Below the pieces are notes generated by a model, which did not search any database, was not told the DNA's origin, and worked only from the letters and a program-made list of their open reading frames with translations. Shown here one piece after another: positions 35,911-43,906 of a stretch of DNA of 64,000 nt; the first letter of the stretch is position 1; each line of letters opens with the position of its first letter. The stretch is taken from the NCBI GenBank assembly GCA_046756545.1, contig JBHHWM010000001.1, positions 10,682 to 74,681 on the forward strand, written 5' to 3'. A program made the translations under genes and the position numbers. Origin of the DNA: Rhodothermales bacterium (GTDB lineage Bacteria > Bacteroidota > Rhodothermia > Rhodothermales > JBHHWM01).

Positions 35911-38766
35911 ATGCGGGGCACAATACATAGGGCTGTAGGGCTGGCGATCCTGGTGCTGATAGGGTCGCTTTCCGTTGCCGATGCAACGGCGCAGACGACG
36001 GGCAAGATAGCCGGTACCGTCATCGATACGTCTACCGGGGAGACGCTTCCCGGCGTCAACGTGTTGATCGAGGGCACGACGCAGGGAACCTCTACGGACA
36101 TCAACGGGCGGTTCGTCATTATCGGAGTGCGGCCGGGCGTATACACCATCGTGGCCTCGTTCGTCGGCTTCTCGACCGAGCGGCGCGAAGGCGTGGCTGT
36201 CAACATTGACCTGACCACGACGGTTGATTTTTCTTTGCGCGAAGAAGTGTTCGAGGGCGAGGAAATCGTGGTGATCGCGGAAGCCATCGCCGTGCGTAAA
36301 GATTTGACCAGTTCGGAGGCGCGCGTCACGTCTGAGACCATCGACCGGTTGCCCGTGCAGGAATTGGGGCAGGTGCTCAACGTGCAGGCCGGCATCACGG
36401 ATCAGAACGGCGGCTTGCACATCCGGGGAGGCCGCAGCAGCGAAATCCTCTACATGGTGGACGGCGTGCCGGTGACCGACAGCTTCGACGGATCGCGGGC
36501 CATTGAGGTGGAAAACGGCGGCATCCAGGAGTTGCAGGTCATCTCCGGCACCTTCAACGCGGAGTACGGCAACGCCATGTCCGGCGTGATCAACGTGGTT
36601 ACCAAAGAAGGGCGCTCGGATCGTATCGGCGGTTCGTTCGAAGCCTACAGCGGCACCTATCTCGTCGGCGGCGACGGGGGCGATTCCTTTTTGCGCGGCA
36701 CCGACGTGGAGCAGTTCACCAGCCAGGGCATCCAGTATCGAGAGGTCGATCCTTATTCTTACCTGGACATCGACCCGACGCACTACTACAATCTAAAGCT
36801 GGCGCTCGAAGGACCCATCCTTTCGGATCGGCTTACGTTTTTCGGGCTGGGGCGCTTCTTCAAGAACGACGGGTGGCTGTTCGGCGCGCGCCTCTTCAAC
36901 ATCGACGGCTCGTTCGGCGACTCGACGCTGGTGCCGCTGAACACCTTTGAGAAGCTCAGTTGGCAGGGCAACCTCCGCTACCGCCTCAATAATAAGATGA
37001 TCGTCAACCTGATTTCACTGGGCTCCAGTTCGGAGGGGCAGCCCGGAGATCCGTTCTGGCGATGGGCACCCGACGGTCGAGGAACGAATTTTGACTTCGG
37101 TCTTGATACCAAGCTCAAGTTCACCCATCTGGTCAGCGCCACGACTTTCTACACGCTCAACTTCGCGACCTTCTTCCGGGAGGCCAAGAACTATGTTTTC
37201 GAAGACATCGACGACCCCCGCTACAATGATTTCTTGATCAATCCGCCGGACTCGGTCGAAGTGCTGCCGGGAGTGTTTCAGTCCGTCCCGACTGGTGGCG
37301 GGCGGTTCGGGCGGGGAGGCACCTCGACGCTTCGCTTCAACCGGTCCTCGCGCGCGTTCTTCTTCAAGGGCGATTTGACCAGCCAGGTGTCGCAGCACCA
37401 CCTCGTTAAGACTGGTTTTGAAGCCCGGATCGACCAACTCGATTTTGAAGCCTTCGGGCTGGTAGGGGCGCTCACCGAGGACGGCCAGGTGATCGAACCG
37501 TTCCAGCCGACGAAGCCGCCCGAAAATTCGATCTTCTTCCAGCAGTTCGACGGTGTCAAACCGTTTACTTTCAGCGCCTATCTGCAAGATAAGATCGAGT
37601 TCGAGACGTTCATCGTGAACGTGGGGCTGCGTCTCGATTATTTCGACTCGCGCGCGCAGATCCCGGCCGATCCCGAGGACCCCAACATTCTGAGCCCGTT
37701 CAAAAAGATCAACATCTTCCGCGACGGAAACGACGACGGGGTCATCACCGCCGATGAAGAGCGCGACGATAACCGGTTGACGCTGGCGGAACGAGGAGCT
37801 TACTGGTATGAAGATGCCTCGGTGAAGTTTGATATCTCGCCGCGTCTGGGCATTGCGTATCCCATTACCGAGGAAGGCGTGATCCACTTCTCCTATGGGC
37901 ACTTTCTCCAGATCCCCACGATGGACCGGCTCTTTCAGAACTTCGGCTACAAGCTTAACCGGGAGAGCGGTCAGTACGGCCCCTTCGGTAATCCCGACCT
38001 GGAAGCCCAGAAGACCGTCATGTATGAACTGGGCGTGCGCCAGGCCCTGGGCGACCTGGTTTTCGACGTCACGGGCTACTACCGCGATGTGCGGAATTGG
38101 GTGAGCACCTCGGGCCTGATCACGAGCGAAATACCGGGGGTCACCTACGTCATCTACATCAACCGCGACTATGCCAACACGCGCGGCGTGACGGCGTCGG
38201 TCAATCGGAATTTTAAGGACGGCTACGGGTTCGACCTGAGCTATACCTACCAGGTAGCCGAGGGCTCCAACTCAAACCCGGACGACGACTTCTTTGCCCG
38301 GCAGGCCAACAGGCAACCGACCCTGGCGTTGTTGCCGCTCGGCTGGGATCAGCGGCACAAGGTGGCCGGCTCGTTCTACGTCGGCGGCAACGGATGGGGC
38401 GGGTCCGTCCTGGCCGTCTACGGCTCGGGTTTTCCTTACACGCCCAGCTTTGGGACGGCCGTCCTCGCCGGCGAAAACGTCCAGACCGAGTTTCCCACGA
38501 ACTCGCGCCGCCAGCCGTCCTCGTTCCAGGTCGACATGAATGTGTACACGGAGTTCAACTTTGCCGGGGTGAGGCCCCGCCTCTTTCTCCAGGTCTTCAA
38601 CCTGTTCGACAATCGCAACGCGGTGGCGGTCTTTGGCGATACCGGGCAGCCGGATATCACGCTCGACCAGCGACGCACCGGGCAGTTCGATCCGGGTTTC
38701 TTTGTGCGCCCCGATTTCTTTTCCGAACCCCGGCGTGTCCATCTGGGCATCGACTTTCGATTTTAA
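35911..38766 (+). CDS. TonB-dependent outer-membrane receptor with N-terminal carboxypeptidase-regulatory-like domain
   Basis: ATG at 35911 (MRGTIHRAVGLAILVLIGSLSVADATAQ). CarboxypepD_reg-like GKIAGTVIDTSTGETLPGVNVLIEGT...; plug region LNVQAGITDQNGGLHIRGGRSSEILYMVDGVPVTD; long barrel ending ...HLGIDFRF (terminal aromatic residue). Confidence 0.85.
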   Translation: MRGTIHRAVGLAILVLIGSLSVADATAQTTGKIAGTVIDTSTGETLPGVNVLIEGTTQGTSTDINGRFVIIGVRPGVYTIVASFVGFSTERREGVAVNIDLTTTVDFSLREEVFEGEEIVVIAEAIAVRKDLTSSEARVTSETIDRLPVQELGQVLNVQAGITDQNGGLHIRGGRSSEILYMVDGVPVTDSFDGSRAIEVENGGIQELQVISGTFNAEYGNAMSGVINVVTKEGRSDRIGGSFEAYSGTYLVGGDGGDSFLRGTDVEQFTSQGIQYREVDPYSYLDIDPTHYYNLKLALEGPILSDRLTFFGLGRFFKNDGWLFGARLFNIDGSFGDSTLVPLNTFEKLSWQGNLRYRLNNKMIVNLISLGSSSEGQPGDPFWRWAPDGRGTNFDFGLDTKLKFTHLVSATTFYTLNFATFFREAKNYVFEDIDDPRYNDFLINPPDSVEVLPGVFQSVPTGGGRFGRGGTSTLRFNRSSRAFFFKGDLTSQVSQHHLVKTGFEARIDQLDFEAFGLVGALTEDGQVIEPFQPTKPPENSIFFQQFDGVKPFTFSAYLQDKIEFETFIVNVGLRLDYFDSRAQIPADPEDPNILSPFKKINIFRDGNDDGVITADEERDDNRLTLAERGAYWYEDASVKFDISPRLGIAYPITEEGVIHFSYGHFLQIPTMDRLFQNFGYKLNRESGQYGPFGNPDLEAQKTVMYELGVRQALGDLVFDVTGYYRDVRNWVSTSGLITSEIPGVTYVIYINRDYANTRGVTASVNRNFKDGYGFDLSYTYQVAEGSNSNPDDDFFARQANRQPTLALLPLGWDQRHKVAGSFYVGGNGWGGSVLAVYGSGFPYTPSFGTAVLAGENVQTEFPTNSRRQPSSFQVDMNVYTEFNFAGVRPRLFLQVFNLFDNRNAVAVFGDTGQPDITLDQRRTGQFDPGFFVRPDFFSEPRRVHLGIDFRF

Positions 38767-38808
38767 CTTCCCTCGCCTCCCCAAACGGATGGCCGCCAAG
38801 CCTTTGAC

Positions 38809-41800
38809 ATGATACCTGACATGAAGTGTAGGATGCATACACGTAACGGGTTGCTGGTGGGCCTGCTGGCTCTCCTGCTCTGGCCGCTCGTTGCCCTGCC
38901 GGCACGAGCGCAGGGACAGATCGACCGCAACCACGTGCCCAGCACGGAGCGGGTCGATGCCCTGGAACGGCGAAAGGACGAGATCGACGCCAACAATATC
39001 CGCGCGACCATTACGAACTGGGCGCAGACGGCGCAATCAGGGCAACCCGGCGACATTTTCTACGAGTGGCCCATCAACACCAACCGGATTTACGTGGCGC
39101 TGACCCAGCTCTGGGTCGGGGCCGAGGTGACGAGCAACATCGGCGCGCAGATCGGCGAAACGTTCTTCATCGTCGATGTGGCGGATTTCCGGGGCAACCT
39201 CGAAGGCGGCGACAACTCCTGGACGTTCGAACCCGTCAAAGGCTACGTCAACCCGGCAGGGTCCGACCTCGGCATGGCCCAGTCCGACGAACCTGGAAGC
39301 TGGCCCCCGTTCTGGCCCGACAAGCTGGAGGACACGACGGATCCGGGCTGGTCGGGATCCTGGAACGGCTTCTTCGGCAAGGACATCTTCAACGCCGACC
39401 AGGAGTTCTTCTTCAAAGCCGGGGACGACCAGTATGACCGCAATCGCGCTATCTACCAGCCCGATTCGTCGGATGCCACCAGAGGAGGGCTCGGGCTCAT
39501 CGTCGATGCGCGGATCCTGGCCTGGAGCCAGATCCTCATCGATGACGTGGTCTTCCTCATTCACGGCGTCAAGAACGACGGGAGTGAAGACCTCGACCGC
39601 GTCGGCTTCTCGATCTGGCTGGCCGACCTCGTCGGCGGTGACAGCGACGACGACATCCCCTTCTTCGACATCCTCGAAGACGTTGCCTTTATGACCGACG
39701 CCGACGGCATCGGCACCGAACCCTTCGGAGCGGACCCGGTCGGCGTGGCGGCCATCGCTTTCCTCGAAACCCCCGGCAACGCCGTCGACCGCCTCGACAA
39801 CGATGCCGACGGCTCGACCTCCGACGAGTGTTTCATCCTCAATGGCGAGTGCAACAGCCCCGTCGTGCCCGAAGCCTTTCTCGTCGGTGAAAACCCTGCC
39901 AACGGCATTGACGACAACAAGAACGGCCTGATCGACGAGAACCAGACGCACATTCCCTTCTCGGGGGAGCAGGGATCGAGCCCCGGCGTGGGCTACGCGG
40001 ACTTCATCGACAATGACGGCGACGGCGAGAGCAACGGCCCGGTCGTTACGGAGCAAATGCTGGCCGTAGCCGGCAGCGACGTGTGGGATCGCTGGCCGCC
40101 TCTGCCCGAGAACGACCCGTTACACGAGGGGCTGAACGGCACCACCATCGTGCACCTCGTAGGCATCGAAGAGGACGACCTGGGCAAGGCGTTCCGGGAT
40201 AACATCGACAACGACGACTCCCACGTCCAGCCGACGGCGGCCTATCCCTACCTCTCCGAGACGGATTCACCCGTCGTCACGCAGGCCATCGTCGATGCGG
40301 CGGCCGCCGATCTCTTTGGGCGCTACCGGGTACCCGGCACCGACATTATCCTCTACGACGTCGGGCCGGAGGATCTGGGCAAAGCCTACGCCGACGGCAT
40401 CGACAACGACGGCGACGGGGCCGTTGACGAGGGCATCGATGAGGGCATCGACGAGATGATCGACGAGAGCCGCGCCGACGGCATCGACAACGACGGCGAC
40501 TGGAACCCCCTGCGCGACGATGCGGGCCTCGACGGTGTGCCGTTCTCCGGCGACCCCGGTGACGGCGACGGGATGCCCACCACGGGTGGCGGCACGGACT
40601 TCCCCGGCGAGAAAAACATCGACGTGACGGACGTCTCCGAGTCCGACCAGATCGGCATCACCAACGTCCAGATCATCCCGGCCTTTTCGCTCAATTTCAA
40701 CTCGCAGTCCGACCGGTTCCTTTACAACACCTACATGATTCCGGGTGACTTCGACACCGAGAAGCCGCCGCCGGGCGAGAGCGACCTGGTGGTCTCGAGC
40801 GGGCTGTTTCCACTCAAAGCCGGGCAGACCGAACGCATCTCGCTCTCCATCCAGATCGGGCAGGACATGGACGAGTCGCTGCGCTCGCGCGATAATGCCT
40901 TCGACGCGTACTCCGAGGACTATCAGTTTGCGCAGGCTCCGATCACGCCCGATGTGCGAGCCGTTGCCGGCGACAGGCGGGTGACGCTCTACTGGGATTC
41001 CAACTCCGAAGAATCAGACGATCCGTTCCTGGCCGGGTTGGGGCTGGAATCCCGCGACTTTGAGGGGTACCGGGTCTACCGCGCTACCGACCCGGCCTTC
41101 CTCGATCCCAAGGTGATTACCGACGGGTTTGGCAACAAGCTGCTTCGCAAACCCGTCGCCCAGCACGACCTGATCGACAGCTTCGAGGGCTTTCACCCGG
41201 TCGATGTGGACGGCATCAAGTTTTATATGGGCAACAACCGGCGCGACGGGACGGAAGCCTCCAACGGGCTCTCCCACGTTTTCGTAGACACGACCGTCAC
41301 CAACGGCATCACATATTTCTACGCCGTCACGGCCTACGACTTCGGTTCCATCCCGGCCAACATTCCGCCGACCGAGACGCCCATTCGCATCCGAAGAGCG
41401 CCGGACGGCAGCATCGAGACCGGCCCGAACGTGATCGAGATCACGCCTGTGGCACCGGTGGGTGGTTTTGTGAACGCGGAACTGGAGAACGTCAACGCCT
41501 TCATTCCGTTGGTCGAGGGCCTGACGACCAGTCGGATCGGGTTCGAGATCGTCGACCCTACGGTGATCAATGATGGGCACCGGTACCGCGTTGTCTTCGA
41601 AGACACCCTGATCCTGGGGGATCGTGCCGCGCCCGACACCCTCACCACCAAGAGCTTCTCCCTGACCGACCTGACGGTTGGCGAGACGATCATCGACCGG
41701 TCGGACGGGTTTACGGAAGATCGGGAATTCCCGGTGCTCGACGACAACGAGGTGCCGCTGGGCTTCCGGCTCACGTTTTTCTCCGAACCCCTGGTACGCA

Positions 41801-42690
41801 TCAACAGTAGCGAGTCCGGCTGGCAGGCCAATGAGGCCGCGTTGTACCCGCTGGCGCTCGATCCGTACCTGGCCGCCGGGTTCCTCAAAGGGCTGCGCAA
41901 CCCGCGCGATTATCGGGTTGAGGTGGTAGGACCCGGCGAGGGGCAGTCCGTCGAGTTGCAGGCGCGGCGGCGCGTGACGCTGCCCTCGCGCCCGACCAAC
42001 ATCAAGGTGTTCGATGCCGCGACCGGCGAGGAAATCAAGTATGCCTTCTGGGACCTGACTGGCCCGGATTTCATCTCGGCGTCGTCTACGGCTCCCGCTA
42101 CGTTCAGCGCCGACCCCACGCAGGCCGAAAGCGACCGGATCATCATCATCGAGCCGCGTGTAGGGGACGACGGGGGCGAGGAGATCGTGACCTGGCAGAT
42201 CAGCCTCAACTTCGTCTTTTCCGACCGGCAGGACCCGCAGCAGGGTGACGTGGCCGTCATCAAGACGCGCAAGCCGTTCCTATCGTCGGACGTGTTCGAG
42301 TTCACCGCCCAGGGGCCTCGGGTGGATAATGAACTGGCCCGGTCGCAACTCGACCAGGTCAAGGTGGTGCCCAACCCGTACGTGGCGACCAACCGGTTCG
42401 AGCCGCTCAATCCGTTCTCGCAGGGGCGCGGCCCGCGTGTGATCCGGTTCAACCATCTGCCGCCTCAATGTACGGTGCGCATCTATACGGTCAGCGGGCG
42501 GCTCGTGCAGACGTTGCACCTCAACGAAGGCTCGAACGACTTCCTGGACCCGAACGCGCTGCTCAACGGCTCGCTCGTATGGGACCTCGAAAGCAATGAC
42601 AACCTGACTGTTTCGTACGGGATCTATCTCTACCACGTCGAGGCACCCGGCATCGGCGAGAAAACCGGCACCTTCGCTATTATCAAATGA
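38809..42690 (+). CDS. large (1293 aa) secreted hypothetical protein with Ca-binding-type DxDxDG repeats and a T9SS-like C-terminal domain
   Basis: Signal peptide (LLVGLLALLLWPLVALPARAQ; alternative ATGs at 38821 and 38833). Repeats DNDADGS, IDDNKNGLIDEN, IDNDGDGESNG, GIDNDGDGAVDEGIDEGIDE and GIDNDGDWNP (thrombospondin-type-3/EF-like). C-terminus VVPNPYVATNRF...TVRIYTVSGRLVQTL...GIYLYHVEAPG...TFAIIK resembles T9SS/FlgD-Ig-like sorting domains. Confidence 0.7.
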   Translation: MIPDMKCRMHTRNGLLVGLLALLLWPLVALPARAQGQIDRNHVPSTERVDALERRKDEIDANNIRATITNWAQTAQSGQPGDIFYEWPINTNRIYVALTQLWVGAEVTSNIGAQIGETFFIVDVADFRGNLEGGDNSWTFEPVKGYVNPAGSDLGMAQSDEPGSWPPFWPDKLEDTTDPGWSGSWNGFFGKDIFNADQEFFFKAGDDQYDRNRAIYQPDSSDATRGGLGLIVDARILAWSQILIDDVVFLIHGVKNDGSEDLDRVGFSIWLADLVGGDSDDDIPFFDILEDVAFMTDADGIGTEPFGADPVGVAAIAFLETPGNAVDRLDNDADGSTSDECFILNGECNSPVVPEAFLVGENPANGIDDNKNGLIDENQTHIPFSGEQGSSPGVGYADFIDNDGDGESNGPVVTEQMLAVAGSDVWDRWPPLPENDPLHEGLNGTTIVHLVGIEEDDLGKAFRDNIDNDDSHVQPTAAYPYLSETDSPVVTQAIVDAAAADLFGRYRVPGTDIILYDVGPEDLGKAYADGIDNDGDGAVDEGIDEGIDEMIDESRADGIDNDGDWNPLRDDAGLDGVPFSGDPGDGDGMPTTGGGTDFPGEKNIDVTDVSESDQIGITNVQIIPAFSLNFNSQSDRFLYNTYMIPGDFDTEKPPPGESDLVVSSGLFPLKAGQTERISLSIQIGQDMDESLRSRDNAFDAYSEDYQFAQAPITPDVRAVAGDRRVTLYWDSNSEESDDPFLAGLGLESRDFEGYRVYRATDPAFLDPKVITDGFGNKLLRKPVAQHDLIDSFEGFHPVDVDGIKFYMGNNRRDGTEASNGLSHVFVDTTVTNGITYFYAVTAYDFGSIPANIPPTETPIRIRRAPDGSIETGPNVIEITPVAPVGGFVNAELENVNAFIPLVEGLTTSRIGFEIVDPTVINDGHRYRVVFEDTLILGDRAAPDTLTTKSFSLTDLTVGETIIDRSDGFTEDREFPVLDDNEVPLGFRLTFFSEPLVRINSSESGWQANEAALYPLALDPYLAAGFLKGLRNPRDYRVEVVGPGEGQSVELQARRRVTLPSRPTNIKVFDAATGEEIKYAFWDLTGPDFISASSTAPATFSADPTQAESDRIIIIEPRVGDDGGEEIVTWQISLNFVFSDRQDPQQGDVAVIKTRKPFLSSDVFEFTAQGPRVDNELARSQLDQVKVVPNPYVATNRFEPLNPFSQGRGPRVIRFNHLPPQCTVRIYTVSGRLVQTLHLNEGSNDFLDPNALLNGSLVWDLESNDNLTVSYGIYLYHVEAPGIGEKTGTFAIIK
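40389..40500 (+). repeat. 28-bp exact direct repeat (two copies) inside the 1293-aa gene
   Basis: CGCCGACGGCATCGACAACGACGGCGAC occurs at 40389-40416 and 40473-40500 (read directly). It encodes the ADGIDNDGD Ca-motif; a one-mismatch relative lies near 40005-40025. Confidence 0.9.
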
Positions 42691-42710
42691 GGGCTGAACG
42701 TGTAGTCGTC

Positions 42711-43781
42711 ATGCAGAGAAAACAATACAAACGCATCCATGGCTTCTGGCGCGCCCTCCTGGTGACGGCGCTCGTGGTGGGGGGCGGCGAAGGGGCGCTC
42801 GCCCAGTCGCCCTTCAATGATGATACGCGCAACGTCACCAAGCGCGGGACCACCGCCGCCGAGTTTCTGAACATTCCCGTCGGGGCGCGGGCGACGGCCA
42901 TGGGCAATGCCGTCACGGCGTCGATCAACGATCCTACGTCGATCTACTGGAACCCCGCCGGGCTCTCGGGTATGACCAAGGGAGGCTTCACCGCCGAGTA
43001 TGCCGAGTGGCTGGCCGAGATCGACTTCAACTATGTCGCGCTGGTGCTGCCGACCCGGCTGGGGATCATCGGCTTCGGCGTCACGGCGATGCGTACGCCT
43101 GAGATGGAGGTCACCACGGTGGCTTTACAGGAGGGGACCGGCGAGACCTTCGACGCGGCCTCGTATGCCTTTACCCTCTCCTACGGGCGCGCCCTCACCG
43201 ACCGCTTCTCCGTCGGGGCGTCCGTCAAGCTCATCAACGAGCGCATCTGGAACTCGACGGCATCCGGCGTGGCGGTGGATCTCGGCACGACGTTCGTCAC
43301 GCCCTTTCGGGGTATCCGGCTCGGCGCGGCCATCACCAACTTCGGCAGCAAGATGAAAATGTCGGGCGACGACCTGCTCGTGGTGGTCGACATCGATCCG
43401 AACGCCGAGGGGAACAACCAGAGCAACCGGGCCAACCTGCGGACCGACGATTTCGACCTGCCGCTGACGATGCGCATCGGGGTGGCCGGTGAGGTGTTCC
43501 AGACGGCCAACAGCCGCCTGACCCTGGCCGTCGATGCGCTGAGCCCCAACAACAGCGAGCAGTACGTGAACGTCGGAGCCGAAGTCGCTTTTCTGGGCGA
43601 CCTGATCATGGTGCGCGGCGGCTACAGCGAGCTGTTTCTCGACAACAGCCTGCGTTCATTCACCGCCGGCGGCGGCCTTCACTACAACTTCGGGCCGGTC
43701 GATGTGCAGTTCGACTATGCCTTCGAAGCCCAGGAATTTTTCAGCAACGTAAACCGCTTTACGCTTTCCATAGGGTTCTGA
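42711..43781 (+). CDS. PorV/PorQ-family outer-membrane beta-barrel protein
   Basis: ATG at 42711 (MQRKQYKRIHGFWRALLVTALVVGGGEGALAQ). TAAEFLNIPVGARATAMGNAVTA...IYWNPAGL is the hallmark N-terminal motif of PorV-like barrels. Alternating beta-strand pattern, C-terminal ...FTLSIGF. Confidence 0.75.
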   Translation: MQRKQYKRIHGFWRALLVTALVVGGGEGALAQSPFNDDTRNVTKRGTTAAEFLNIPVGARATAMGNAVTASINDPTSIYWNPAGLSGMTKGGFTAEYAEWLAEIDFNYVALVLPTRLGIIGFGVTAMRTPEMEVTTVALQEGTGETFDAASYAFTLSYGRALTDRFSVGASVKLINERIWNSTASGVAVDLGTTFVTPFRGIRLGAAITNFGSKMKMSGDDLLVVVDIDPNAEGNNQSNRANLRTDDFDLPLTMRIGVAGEVFQTANSRLTLAVDALSPNNSEQYVNVGAEVAFLGDLIMVRGGYSELFLDNSLRSFTAGGGLHYNFGPVDVQFDYAFEAQEFFSNVNRFTLSIGF

Positions 43782-43906
43782 TCGTGTTCGTCAAGGAGTG
43801 CGACGGCGCGTTCTGATAGATCGCTCTTTAGAGAACGCCGGGTTGTGATTCACTGACCAAGGGTGCCTCTTAGAGTTACCATCATCCATCACCAATAACT
43901 CAGAAA

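Noticed and set aside
40389-40500. Possible CRISPR-like or mobile repeat (28-bp exact repeat).
   Set aside because: There are only two copies, in frame inside a long ORF, and they encode the same Ca-binding peptide motif. This is a coding repeat, not an array.
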